Assembly (NCBI RefSeq): GCF_006345805.1
Contig: NC_043002.1
Location: 10,726,001-10,790,000, forward strand
Length of the DNA stretch: 64,000 nucleotides
Direction: 5' to 3'
Origin: Octopus sinensis
Taxonomy: Eukaryota
Position numbers and translations under genes: made by a program. Positions 12,205 to 25,806 of this stretch are shown piece by piece (positions within the stretch are counted from its first letter, which is position 1; the number at the start of each line of letters is the position of its first letter). The notes below the pieces were generated by a model that was not told the origin of the DNA, ran no database searches, and saw only the letters and a program-made list of their open reading frames with translations.

Positions 12205-13094
12205 CTACATATACATGACTCAATCGCTGTACGTATGTATCAGATATGGATTATCACACACGCAGGTATATATGTATGCAGACAAACAAATACATATAAC
12301 ATACACGCGTGCGCATGTTGCACACATATAATCTATTATGAATTCAAATATGAATAAGCTTGAACTATAAAGTTATTAACCATTTAGTTAAAACTGCCTC
12401 TTTAAAGTCGTTTTGTGTCCATCGTACAGCAGAAATATCTTTGAGAATTATTATTACAAAACCAAAATGTTACCTACAAAACCACTGAAACGAAACTCGA
12501 GCAATTCGCCAAGGGAGATAAATAATAGAAGGTTACCGAAACGCAAGTTAAGAATATATGAATTAAGAATCTATTTGCGAAAAGGAAAGAAACATGAATG
12601 ACAAATCAAACTCTACTGTGAATGAGAAATACAAATAGGAATATCAAGATAGTTATAAAACCCCTAATAAATGGTTGATGTGAACACTGAAATACAAGAG
12701 CCAAAAGTTCGGTTGATTTACGTCATATAGAAGCTTAAATCCAAAGAAATGCTTTACGAAATAAGATCGCAAATAGAACGTGCATGAGTAAACATTATGG
12801 TAATATTAAGGACTAAAATGACATTGGAGTGTTTCATTGGGATTCGCTTGCATAACTGTTTGGTTATGAGAACGAGAAGCATATGCTCAATATCGAAGTT
12901 ACTAATGTAAGCAAATTCTTAAAAGAAGTAGAAAAATAAAAGACGAGAAGGTAAATGCAGCAGATAAAATACGAAGAGAAACATTAAAGCATCACATAAG
13001 AATAACCTAGTATTAATAACAGATTTATGCACTGTATGAGAATTGGTAATATACTAACGGGGATTAAATAGGCTTTGTTCCATTACCAAGAGTT

Positions 13095-13270
13095 GGAGGC
13101 GTGTAGTTACAGAGATGCACTCACGGATCGTAAGATAGTGGTTTCCATTCCTGGATCGGGCGATATGCTTTGTTCTTGAGCAAAGTGCTTCTTTTTCACC
13201 TGGCTCCAGTTCACTTAGATGATAAGAATTGAGTTATCCTGCGACGGACTGGTGTCCCTTCCACGGTGTG
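13095..13270 (+). mobile_element. SINE family D (V-domain-like), degenerate
   Basis: tRNA-like head followed by CCTGCGACGGACTGGTGTCCC. Confidence 0.6.
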
Positions 13271-13472
13271 ATGTACGAATGTATGTATGTATGTATGTAT
13301 GAATGTATGTATATATGTCTGTACTCGATAGAATCCTGAAAACTGACATTTCGGGAATGACTTTTAAACTAACATCTCAAGTCTACATTTAGTGTAAATG
13401 TATAAACATAATGAATCAGGTGATCAAATTATTACTAAAATTCATCTAACGAAGACATACAGCAAGAATATA

Positions 13473-13783
13473 CGAGGGTGAATCAAAAGGTAATGCCATT
13501 TTGTTTAGGACAGGTGTAATTACCAACACAGGAACACTAAATCTGGTGAGTGCGGAGGTAGTGAAGAAGTGGCTCAAAGAACAGTCAACGCAATTTTACG
13601 GGGCAGGGATACATGCTCTCATTCGAAGGTGGAACATTGCTATTGAGAGAAACAGTGGCTATGTTGAGAATTTGGGATGTGATCCACAGAGGACTAGTTT
13701 CATTTTGATGTATGATACATGTTCCTGTGTTGGTAGTTATACCTGTCCTAAACGAAATGGAATTACTTTTTGACTCATCCTCG
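13473..13783 (+). mobile_element. Mariner-derived MITE / deletion derivative
   Basis: TA TSD; ~60-bp imperfect TIRs; internal KKWLKEQSTQFYGAGIHALIRRWNIAIERNSGYVE resembles the mariner C-terminus. Confidence 0.9.
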
Positions 13784-14627
13784 TACAAGGAAGTAAGTGA
13801 ACTACGAAATAGTTTTAGACAAGGAACAGGAACGTGAAGAAGTATTTAACTAAAAGAGACAATTGTGAAAAGAGTTGGAGATAAAAATCAAAATATTTGT
13901 ATAAACTACATCGACTTTACGAAGACTATCGATGAGTAAAATGTGGTAAAACGATCGGTTATTTATCAAAGCTTGGGAAACGAGGCAAAGATTTGCAAAT
14001 AATAACAGTGGTAAGAACGGAAGAGAGGCAAACAAAGAATATTAAATTAAAAAGGAATTTGACAACGATAAGTATGATACTGAATGCTATTTTGCAATTA
14101 GAAGACCTTTAGATTAGTAGGAGACTCATCAGGCGTATCAATAGAAAGTGTGAACAATGCTAGACATAAGATGAGACTGTTTTATTAAATGTCAACATGG
14201 ATGACCTACAGAACTTTTTACATTTAGTAAATGACAAAGAAATATCGCATGGATTAGAAATTAATGTATAGAAAAATAAAATTAATTGTAATCAGAAAAA
14301 AAACCCGGCAGTTAGCAACAATTAATATTAGAAATGTGAGATAATACGCGTGGGATATATATAGCAAGAAAACAGGAAATATGAATCAGAATACAAAAGA
14401 AGGATTGAGATTATTAGAATGGAAAGTTCTGTTATTTCTAGACGAGACAAATAATCATGAAGTGAAAATAAAGAGCGAGTTGACATTCTAAGGAAATTGC
14501 TTGTGTTGTACAAGGGTCCTGTGAAAGGAAAGTATTAAGATTCATTGATACTCGGAGTTTTACTGAAAACCAACTAGTGACCCTATTCAGGATATGAAAT
14601 CATGATTAATATTAGACAAATGTTCAA

Positions 14628-14810
14628 AGGCGGTGAGCAGGCAGAATGGTTTGCAAGCCGAGTTCAAATTCCGCAGACGTCGACTTCACCTTTCAACCTT
14701 TCGGGGGGGGGGGGGGGTGTCGATAAAATATGTTCCAATTGCGCAGTGAGGACAATGTAATCGACTTACAACGTTCCCCATAATTCTTCGCCTTGTCCTA
14801 AAATTTGAAA
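14628..14810 (+). mobile_element. SINE family A variant, degenerate
   Basis: Head and core recognisable. Confidence 0.65.
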
Positions 14811-15004
14811 TCGATACAACGGAATTGGTTTAAGGGACTGCAATATGTTTCTGAATCACTGGAAAACAAAAACATCTTTGAATCAAACCCATTTCTTTTT
14901 TCCTATTTATTTCAGTTTCTATCTTCATAAGGTCCTTTAAGACTGTTTTATTAAAGGTAGTGCTTAACATTTTCAAACTCTTTCTCTTTGCGCCCTTCTA
15001 AATC

Positions 15005-15226
15005 CTAACCAGGCTCATGGGCCTGGTTTCCCGGTTTCAATGGCGTATGTGTTCCCCAGCTGGACTGGGCGCCAGTCCGTTGCAGCGTTCCTCATTTTGC
15101 CAGCCGAGTGGACTGGAGCAACGTGAAATGAAGTGCTTTGCTGAAGAACACAACGCGTCATCCGGTCCAGGAATCGAAACCACAATCATGATGCTGACAA
15201 CCTAACCACTAAGCCACGCACCTCCA
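15005..15226 (-). mobile_element. SINE family D (V-domain-like)
   Basis: On the minus strand: tRNA head, TCCAGTCCACTCGGCTGG, CTGCAACGGACTGGCGCCCAGTCCAG. Confidence 0.8.
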
Positions 15227-15276
15227 CAAAGTTTTCAAACACTCTCAACATTCTTATCTAACATTATTTCCTATTT

Positions 15277-15690
15277 CTTTATTGCCCAGAGGGGGCTAAA
15301 CATAGAGGGGACAAACAAGGACAGACAAAAGGATTAAGTCAATTAGATCGACCCCAGTGCATAACTGGTACTTTATTTATCGACTCCAAAAAGATGAAAG
15401 GCAAAGTCGACCTCGGCGGAATTTGAACTGAGAACGTAGCGGCAGATGAAACACCTATTTCATTAGTATCTACAAGGGGCTAAACACAGAGGGGACGAAC
15501 AGGGATAGACAAACGGATTAAGTCGATGATATCTACCCTAGTGCGTAACTGCTACTTATTTAATCGACCCCGAATGGATGAAAGGCAAAGCTGACCTCGG
15601 CGGAATTTGAACTCAGAACGTAGCGGCAGACGAAATACTGCTAAGCATTTCGTCCGGCCAGTTAACGATTCTTTCAGCTCACCGCCTTGA
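15277..15690 (-). mobile_element. SINE family A dimer (head+body, body)
   Basis: Two colinear bodies joined at GAAATAG|GTGTTTC. Confidence 0.85.
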
Positions 15691-15699
15691 ATAATAATA

Positions 15700-15744
<45 letters not shown>

Positions 15745-15762
15745 TAATAATAATAATAATAA

Positions 15763-16274
15763 ATGCCCTGATGCAATACCAGGCAGCGGCTCTCATGGCT
15801 TCTGATCTTAACTGACTGGAAGTGTCATCATGTACATTGTTTTCTCTTGGTATAAAAGATGGGCTACAGCAAATATTGTGCTCAATACCTCAGATTTGCT
15901 TGTCAGTTGTTTGACCTTAATAAGTTGAGCATGTCCTTTAGTAGCTGACGGTATGTGCATCTCTGATCACGAGCAGAAGTAGTGGGGGGGGCATCATAGC
16001 CATGTGTTGAGAGCGATTCTTTGGGGTTTGAATAATTCAACTCTGGAAACATGGGTGTTTCGTTCAACATCCTTAAACCACCCTTATTCAGGGCCCTTTT
16101 GAGCGGGATGGGTTACTCGACCAGAAGAAAATTCTAACTGCAAAGTCATGTGCTGTTTATCTTGATATGTGGTCACCATGTACCCTTATCAAACGGGTAG
16201 GCGTGATGGGTATACTGGGCTACGTATATTTTACCCCAGTATCACTTTGATAGCATGCACTGCTCTCTCACTCA
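15763..16274 (+). mobile_element. ~510-bp non-coding element embedded in (TAA)n; probable non-LTR 3' UTR or SINE-like element
   Basis: (TAA)n at 15689-15762 and 16274-16297; no ORF, no TIR; classification inferred. Confidence 0.5.
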
Positions 16275-16785
16275 ATAATAATAATAATAATAATAATTAT
16301 CCTTTCTACTATAGGCACAAGGCCTGAAATTTGTGGGTCGATTACATCGACCCAAGTACTCAACTGGTACTACTTAATTTATCGACCCCGAATGGATGAA
16401 AAGCAAAGTCGTCCTTGGCGGAATTTGAAATCAGAACCTAGCATCAACAACAACAATAACAACGACAACAATCTACCAACATAAAGAAACAGCTTTGGCA
16501 AAGTCGAATAAGCCGGCAGCTCAAAAAGCGAAGTCTATCTCGTCTCTGAACTGAATTACGTGTGAGAGAATCGGTTTAGTTCATCGATATGAAACGGGAT
16601 GAAACAGCTTAAGTTAACCGACTTCTGGTTGCATTAAAGAATATCTACGTATGTACGATTCAAAATGGAAATCAAATGCTTTTGTTGACATTTTTTTTTC
16701 TTTTTAATTTATTTCTAACCTATTTCTTGTTCTATTCTAAACTTATTCTATTCTAATCTATTTTCTGTTCACTTTATTCCCTTTC

Positions 16786-16865
<80 letters not shown>

Positions 16866-17182
16866 CCTCGCGCAAAGCTTCTTCTTAAGAATGATTTATT
16901 GAAATATTAAAAATAATTTTCAACTTGGTTGAATACAGTTTACAATACAATTCATTCAATTTCCTTTTTGACAATTACACTATATAGGTTACTAAAACAG
17001 TAAACATGCGTATATGTGTATGTGTGTGTATGTGTGTGTATGTACATATGTGTATATATCGCAATTTTATTTTTAAATATGGATATATTTTAATAATATA
17101 TCATTATGAATATCTTTTCATACAAACACACTCACACGCATGCACGCACGCACGGACGCAGACACACAGACCCATGCACAAA

Positions 17183-17219
<37 letters not shown>

Positions 17220-17382
17220 TTATATATATGCTGTTTTAAATAGATACATTTTTCCGAAAAAATCATTATCAGAAGAGAAGAGAATAATCTTCGTCTTAAA
17301 AAGTATCATATTTATATATATATACGCGACGCGCGCCCGTACACACAATTGATTGTATATGTGTGTATGTGTGTGTGTGTGT

Positions 17383-17517
17383 CTGACGAAGAGCACCGCT
17401 CGAAACGTTAAATCCTCCTTCTTTCTTTCCTTTGCTGAGCGTCCTATAACACTATACTTGTTCCACGTCCTCGCATTGTTGTTTTCTCTTTGTGTTTTCA
17501 TGTTTGGATTAACTTAA
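17383..17517 (+). mobile_element. 5'-truncated PLE pLTR beginning at the hammerhead core
   Basis: CTGACGA A GAGC ACC GCTC GAAACGTT plus tail nearly identical to 11977-12106. Confidence 0.65.
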
Positions 17518-17520
17518 TTT

Positions 17521-17556
<36 letters not shown>

Positions 17557-17902
17557 TATGTATATATATTTACATATGTATATATGTATATATATATGCA
17601 TATATTTGTTTATGTAATGTGCGTATGCATGTGTGTGTGCATGTGTGTATATGCATATTTGTGCGTGTGTTAACTGTACAGTAATCAACTGGAATCTCGA
17701 ATGATGTGGTGGTGCGTGGCAGGGTTTTGCAATTTGTATCAAGTCCTATGTAGTCGCCTAAAAGCATAGCTAAGCTCTCACACTCTCTTCACTTTCCCAT
17801 ACGTGTAACAAGGTCGTGAAAGTTGGAAGGAGAACAGGCTACAGCTGGTATTTGTCGTAGATGAGTAAGAAGGAGCAACGTAAAAATAAATGCCTGACTG
17901 AA

Positions 17903-18319
17903 AGGCGGCGAGCTGGCAGAAACGTTAGCACGCCGGGCCAAATGCCCAGCGGCATTTCGTTTGCCGTTACGTTCTGAGTTCAAATTCCGCCGAGGTCGAC
18001 TTTGCCTTTCATCCTTTCGGGGTCGATAAATTAAGTACCAGTTACGCACTGGAGTCGATGTAATTGACTTAATACCTATGTCTGTCTTTGTTTGTCCTCT
18101 CTGTGTTCAGCCCCTTGTGGGTAGTAAAGAAATAGGTATTTCGTCTGCCGTTACGTTCTGAGTTCAAATTCCACCGAGGTCGACTTTGCCTTTCATCCTT
18201 TCGGGGTCGATTAAATAAATACCAGTTAATCACTGGGGTCGATGTAATCGACTTAATCCCCTTGTCTGTCCTTGTTTGTCCCCTCTATGTTTAGCCCCCT
18301 GTGGACAATAAAGAAATAA
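17903..18319 (+). mobile_element. SINE family A dimer with TSD around the whole dimer
   Basis: ATAAATGCCTGACTGAA at 17886-17902 and 18320-18336. Confidence 0.92.
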
Positions 18320-18444
18320 ATAAATGCCTGACTGAAGTCACGAAAGTGGCAAATGTCCTGGAAATTTGGCAACCTTTTGTTTTTATACCCGATGTACAGG
18401 ATTCTTTGAAACAAGAGAAGGTTTACTGAAAGTAAAACATTATT

Positions 18445-18940
18445 TTTTCTACCCTAGGCACAAGACCCGAAATGTAGGGGGCTCGGGCTAGTCGATTCGA
18501 TCGACCCGAGTACGCAACTGGTACTTAATGTATCGACCCCGTCGACCTCAGCAGAATTTGAACTCAGAACGTAAATACAGATGATATACATATTTCTTTA
18601 CTACTCACAAGGGACTAAACACAGAGGGGACAAACAAGGACAGACAAACGGATTAAGTCGATTATATCGACCCCAGTGCGTAACCGGTACTTATTTAATC
18701 GACCCCGAAAGGATGAAAGGCAAAGACGACCTCGGCGGAATTTGAACTCAGAACGTAGCGGCAGACGAAATACCACTAAGCATTTCGCCCGCCGTGCTGA
18801 CGTTTCTCCCAGATCGCCGCTTTTCGAAGTAAAACATATTTTTTTCTACTCTAGGCATAACACCCGAAATTTTGGGCGGGCGGGGGGCAGTCTATTAGAG
18901 CAACCCCAGTACGCAACTGGTACTTAATTTATCGACCTCG
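18445..18940 (-). mobile_element. Cluster of SINE A copies and variants
   Basis: Repeated core and tail segments. Confidence 0.75.
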
Positions 18941-18944
18941 TCAA

Positions 18945-19390
18945 TTTCTAGCCCGAAGGTGATCCCTTCTATACCATAATCGTATGGGATATTGGTGCAC
19001 AGATTCACCACATCGAATGATACTAACAGGATTCCTTCAATTATTGTGTTCGGGGGTAATTCAGCATGTCTAAGTCACCCCTGATGAAACTTTTCACATA
19101 TTTTACAAACGGTTTGAGTAAGATGTCAAGGAGGTTGCTCAAACGGTAGGTTTCACGAGCATGTCCAGCAGTGACGGGTCTCAGTTTGAGGTCGATATGG
19201 GAAGGAACATTAATGCACGGGCTTGGAGAAACTTTGCAAGCTTTAGATTTTTGTGTATTTTAGGTAATCCGTAGAATAGACTAGGTCTGTATTTAAAATT
19301 GGATAAATAGTCTATTTCATATTTAGTGAGGCCCTTTCACTGTATTTGAAGTAAGAAGGATAAGTTTTTAAGTCTCTCTGTAGGTTATAT
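18945..19390 (-). mobile_element. Penelope-like reverse transcriptase fragment (decayed)
   Basis: FYGLPKIHK...LRPVTAG...LDILLKPFVKYVKSFIRGDLDML...LVSFDVVNLCTNIPYDYGIE, with frameshifts. Confidence 0.88.
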
Positions 19391-19394
19391 TATA

Positions 19395-19730
<336 letters not shown>

Positions 19731-20078
19731 TCATGAGAGGTATTAATGTAGCCGCAAGCTGAAACTGTATTTGCAAAATTAATACATAGAATATATTTGA
19801 AAATCTATGAGCACTACTTAACAGAGTTTTTGGAGTGTAAAGGTGATTTTTAACGAAAAGGTTTTTTTTATTTATAATTTTATGAAATCTTTTCTTCTTT
19901 TCTTCTTTTATTTGTTTCGGTCTTGAGGCTGCGACCGGGCAGGGACACCGCCAGTGAGGATCTTACTAACCTTGGGGTGGGGGGGATGAGAAGTTTATAT
20001 ATGTGTGTGTGTGTGTGTGTGTGTTTGTGTTTGTGTGTTTGTGTGTGCGAGCGATTGTGTGATTGTATATTGCTAGAA

Positions 20079-20121
<43 letters not shown>

Positions 20122-20190
20122 TAGATAGTTAGATAGATAGTTAGATAGATAGTTAGATAGATAGACAGACAGACAGACAGACATATAGAT

Positions 20191-20302
20191 AAGTTTCTTT
20201 ATTGGCCACACAGGGCTGCACACAGATGGGACAAGTTACAAGGTAGAGCTTTTCTTTTGGGGGATGAAAAAAACAAAAAACAAAAAAACAAAAAAAAGAC
20301 AC

Positions 20303-20380
<78 letters not shown>

Positions 20381-20658
20381 GGATAGGTAGATAGGTAGAT
20401 AGATAGATAGGGAAGAAAAAAAAAAGGAAAAGGAAAAGGAACAAAAGGAAAGAGAAATGAAAAAAGAAGAAAAAAGGGGAAGAGGAAAAAAAAACGGTCA
20501 ATAGGTATCGTGTATCACAGTGTTATGATATATGGTGTAAAGGGGAAAGCAAGTAAGGTTTATCCGTGGGAAGAAAAGCCTACGAAAACGACCACGGTAA
20601 CCTTGGTCAATATTGTTATATGTTACCACATTTGTTTGCAAGTGGGTAACCCTCTGTT
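20191..20658 (-). mobile_element. 5'-truncated Tx1 LINE (3' UTR only) in (GATA)n
   Basis: Near-identical to 37053-37490; microsatellite on both flanks. Confidence 0.9.
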
Positions 20659-20844
20659 GATAGATAGATAGATAGACAGATGTAAAAGTACATTTTCATC
20701 ACCATGTAGGTAAGTAGAAGTTCGTTATGTGTATGTATTTAAGCATATATAAGGCTCTGTACATATACACATGTATATGTGCATATGTATTTGTGTGTGT
20801 ATGGGGTGCATGCGTTCGTATGTGCATATCTCTTTCTCTTTCTC

Positions 20845-21221
20845 ATTTACTTGTTTCAGTCATTTGACTGCGGCCATGCTGGAGCACCGCCTTTAGTCGA
20901 GCAAATCGCCCCCGGGACTTATTCTTTGTAATCCCAGTACTTATTCTATTGGTCTGTTTTGCCGAACCGCTAAGTGACGGGGACGTAAACACACCAGCAT
21001 CGGTCGTCAAGCAATTCTAGGGGAACAAACACAGACACACAAACACACACACATACATATACATATATACTACAGGCTTCTTTCAGTTTCCGTCTACCAA
21101 ATCCACTCACAAGGCATTGGTCGGCCCGGGGCTATAGTAGAAGATACTTGCCCAAGATGCCACGCAGTGGGACTGAACCAGGAACCATGTGGTTGGTTAG
21201 CAAGCTACTTACTACACAGCC
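20845..21221 (-). mobile_element. SINE family B
   Basis: Near full-length match to other copies. Confidence 0.9.
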
Positions 21222-21254
21222 GTGAATAAATAAAACAGAAAATAAATGTTTTCT

Positions 21255-21481
21255 CCTCGAGCCATGTCAGGTTCATAGGGGTCGGTTCGCCGGTTTCCGT
21301 AGTGTACATATTCCCCACCTGGACGGGACGCCTGTCCGTCGCAAGATTATTCTTTTTCGCTAGAAGCAACATAAAATGAAGGGCTTTGCTCAAGAACACA
21401 ACGTGTCGTCCGGTGGAGGAATCGAAACCATACTCTTACGATCATGAGTCGAACACCCTAACCACTAAGCCACGCGCCTTC
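21255..21481 (-). mobile_element. SINE family D (V-domain-like)
   Basis: tRNA head plus GCGACGGACAGGCGTCCCGTCCAGG on the minus strand. Confidence 0.8.
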
Positions 21482-21606
21482 TCTGTGTATGCCAACGTTA
21501 TTTACGAAATGTAATTAGTATTTTATTGTCTTCTTTCTGCACCTAAACCACTAAACACATACACACAGCACATACGTACAACAGACAAACCATATGCACA
21601 CATGAC

Positions 21607-21652
<46 letters not shown>

Positions 21653-21857
21653 ACATTAGTAGTCTGCTGCTACTGCCATTTCAGCCGCGGGTCATTCGAA
21701 TACATAAGACAGCTAAAAAACAACCACATGGATTCTGTTGAGACCAGTAAGAAACAATTATGAACTTTTCTATTACACTTAACTTTTTAAAATATTTTTG
21801 ATAAGGTTCGTTTTTTCAAGAACCGAAACATGTAAAATTGCTAAGAAAATTAAATTT

Positions 21858-21924
<67 letters not shown>

Positions 21925-21929
21925 AGATC

Positions 21930-22113
21930 GGTAGCCACTACACATATTTTTTCTCTCCTTGTTCCTCTCCTTGTTTCTTTCTGTGTTCCTATCTGTAGAA
22001 GAGCGTAGGCTCGAAACGTAAAAAACTTTTTCACATCCCGAGCGTTATACTAATACATATGTTTGTTTTCTACACCACCCGTTCTTCGTGTTTTGTCTTT
22101 TTCGTGAATTCCT

Positions 22114-22118
<5 letters not shown>
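21930..22118 (+). mobile_element. PLE pLTR fragment with non-canonical hammerhead-like motif
   Basis: CTGTAGA A GAGC GTAG GCTC GAAACGT A; (TA)n flanks; related tail at ~29943-30012 (minus). Confidence 0.55.
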
Positions 22119-22148
<30 letters not shown>

Positions 22149-22877
22149 TCATGTACATAAATATATTCATATACGTATATGTATGCGTGCATATACTTTT
22201 GTATATATACATATGTAACTGTATGTATGCATGTATTCATTACAAAATTCTTTCTAAATATTAATGGATAATATAATGGATAATGTTTTTATCCGGTCCA
22301 ATGAATCTTTTAAACAATCTTTTATGCGTGAATTGTTGAAATCGAGATATATACCAGCTTTTATTTACAATATACAAAGATTCACATGAAATATTGTCCG
22401 TAAAATATTTATAATTCCTAATGTTTTCATTGAACTTCTTCTTTATCAAGAGAATAGATAATCATATATTCGATTTTGCTACGAAGGTTGTTCGTTTCCG
22501 TTTTTCAGTTCCTGCATAATTGAAAGTTTTTTAGTTGCTGTTCAGTATATAATTCTGGCACTAATGAAAATAAAACGTGTGACTTGACTTGACTTGCCAG
22601 TCACATGGTTACCAGAAATATATATGTATGTATGTGTGTGTATGTGTGTGTGTGTGTACACAAACACATACGTTGCTTCATGTTGAACGAATGAGAAAGG
22701 AGTGCTCAATTCACGTAAAGGAGAGAGTTTTATTATTGCAAATGGAGCTTGCAAGTCGAGATATGAATTCTCGGCTCCAGTTTCAAAATATTATATATAA
22801 ATAAAAATAAAGCTATATACACACACACACACACATATATATATATATGTGTGTTTGTCTATGAATGTATAAATACA

Positions 22878-22963
<86 letters not shown>

Positions 22964-22992
22964 GCTATCTTATATATATATATATATATATA

Positions 22993-23036
<44 letters not shown>

Positions 23037-23086
23037 TAGATATAAATATATATATATATATGCATATATACATACATACGTACGAG

Positions 23087-23470
23087 AAGTGGCTCTGTGG
23101 TAAGTAGCTTGCTTACCAATAACATGGTTTCGGGTTTAATTCCACTTTTGGCATTTGGGCAAATGTCTTGTACTATAGTCTTGGGCCGACGAAAAACTTG
23201 TGAGTGGATTTGGTAGACGGAAACTAAAAGAAGCCCGTCATACATATATATATATGTATTTATTTGTGTGTCTGTATTTGTCCCTCCTCCATCGTTTAAC
23301 AACCGATGTTGGTGTGTTTGCGTCCCCGTCACATAGCCTTTCGAAAAAAAACAATCGATAGAATAAGTTCTAGGCTTATAAAGAATAAACCCTGGGGTCG
23401 ATTTGCACGACTAAAGGCGGAGCTCTTGCGTGGTCACAGTCAAATGACTGAAACAAGTAAAAGAGTAAAA
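23087..23470 (+). mobile_element. SINE family B
   Basis: Full-length, diverged. Confidence 0.85.
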
Positions 23471-23490
23471 GAGTAATATGTATGCATGTA

Positions 23491-23562
<72 letters not shown>

Positions 23563-23857
23563 ATATGATCAGTCTTCTCTATGCCTCTCTTATAGAATCT
23601 CAATTGTAGATATTCCGATACACAATAATTCTTTTTCATACTGCCTTTCAGTTCTTAAAAATGCTTTTCCTAATATATATTTGACTATTTTTGTATTTTT
23701 CAAGGGATGTATTTCTATGATGACCTTTTATCTTCATTAAGGGCTCTATGCATTCACATACTATGCAGTCACGAACAGAGAGGGACTCCATCTCCACTAC
23801 TCCAGAGACCTATCACAACTTTCAAGACGTGACAGCTGGGAGAAGAATAAGAGCGCT

Positions 23858-24049
23858 ACAGCCATGCTGGAGCACCGCCTTTAGTCGAGCAAATCGACCC
23901 CGGGACTTATTCTTTGTAAGCCCAGTACTTATTCTATCGGTCTTTTTTTGCCGAACCGCTAAGTGACGGGGATGAAAACACACCAGCATCGGTTGTCAAG
24001 CAATGCTAGGGGGACAAACACAGACACACAAACATATATACACACATAC

Positions 24050-24102
<53 letters not shown>

Positions 24103-24281
24103 CATATATACATATATACGACAGGCTTCTTTCAGTTTCCGTCTACCAAATCCACTCACAAGGCATTGGTCAGCCCGGGGCTATAGCAGAAGACACTTGC
24201 CGAAGATGCCACGCAGTGGGACTGAACCCGGGACCATGCGATTGGTTAGCAAGCTACTTACCACACAGCCACTCCTGCGCC
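23858..24281 (-). mobile_element. SINE family B
   Basis: Full-length with internal microsatellite. Confidence 0.9.
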
Positions 24282-24539
24282 TATTCATATTCATTTTACT
24301 ACAAGTTATTTATTTGATGAAGTGGTATATCATCATTTTCAATTTTGACTGACAGGTAATGTGTTATGATTAACGACAATAGTTTGCTATCGTTTCTTGT
24401 TTAGTCCTCTATATTTTAGGATGTCAAATTAAAAGGAGAATAACAAAAAGAAGCAAATTCGAGCGATTTTATTTTATTAGTTCGAAACAGAACCAAGCGC
24501 ACCTAAAATTGCTCGCTGCTTCAACCAATATTTTGAACC

Positions 24540-25600
24540 AGGGAGCGTCAACTTATGTTTGGCTCAGTGTACGATGGAGAGTTAAAGACGGGGAAGGCGA
24601 TAGCTTTTGCAATTAACAAAGAGTAAATGCGGACAGATATTTAAACAGATTCAGGCAAAAATAAAATACGAGTTTACAGAAAATTTTAAACGCTAACCAT
24701 GGGATAGTTTGCATCAACTGAAGAAATATTACATGATGAAGAATACTCAGTGATTCTTTTACGCAAACAGAGATGTAGTCTTTCATTGAATTATGACGTG
24801 AAGGAAGATGGGATCTTCACGATGGCAGACGGCATTCAGTGACGGGAGAGAATTAAGTGAAGCAGCGACATATTTTCCCAAACTGAAGTTGCGTCAGATG
24901 AAGTATATATGGCAACTGTTTGGTGGTTGAGGTGGGGAAACATCCACTATTATTACTTGTATTCTGTGGCACGCTGGGCAAAATGCTTAGTAGTATTTCG
25001 TCCATCTTTACGTTCTGAGTTTAAATTCCGCCGAGGTCGAACTTGCTTTTCATTCTTTCGGGGTTGATAAATTAAGTACCTGTTCCGTACTGTGGGTGAT
25101 ACAATCCACAGCCCTTGTCGTCAAATAATTTCGGGCCTTGTGCCTATAGTAGAAAAGATTATTATCTGAAGTCTGGTGAAACTATCGCAGCATAAATGGA
25201 TTGCCTGGAAATTGTCAAAATTCCTCGTACACGAGATTTCTCTCTACCATTGTTCAGTCAAAAGAGGCCCAAATCTTTATGAAGACGACCAACCATAATT
25301 TGAGCAAATACTGCAGAAATAATATTTAAGTTGGCTACGAATCTCGACTTCTCAAAACTTACACTTCAGGCCCCGATCTGACTGAAAACTACTTTTTATA
25401 AAATTTATAAAATTTATAAAATTTTATAAAATAAAGGTTTTCAATAACCAAGCCTGCAGCTTGAAACGTCTTTAAAGAATTCCTAAGTTCCACAGGGAGC
25501 AGCAAACTATTCTAGGGAGATAAACATAATTGTTTGATATGCATAAATATGTCGATGCCCCTGGTTATTTTTCTAAATCTTAAAATGTATTCTGAATTAA
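24540..25600 (+). mobile_element. Decayed mariner transposon interrupted by a SINE A variant (~24965-25170)
   Basis: Remnants resembling PK..L..K.MATVWW...IH and C-terminal mariner motifs; many lesions. Confidence 0.55.
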
Positions 25601-25652
25601 GTAATATTTTTAAAGCTGATGGTTAAAAGGCAATTTTACGAGCTTGATATAT

Positions 25653-25690
<38 letters not shown>

Positions 25691-25806
25691 ATACAGACAA
25701 TAGGTGAGAGCTAGATATGCTCAGTATAGTAAATACAGTATTGCTCAAATGAATTTAAACTGGGTCCATAGCGTAGAGTTGCTCTAAGAGAAATCTAGAA
25801 AGAGAA

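Larger units (their letters stand above)
12700..14560 (+). mobile_element. Highly decayed RTE-like LINE interrupted by younger elements
   Basis: ~14150-14290 reads DETVLLNVNMDDLQNFLHLVNDKEISHGLEINV*KNK, similar to the YADDTVLL..EDLQ..GLxIN.KKTK RT region. Confidence 0.55.
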
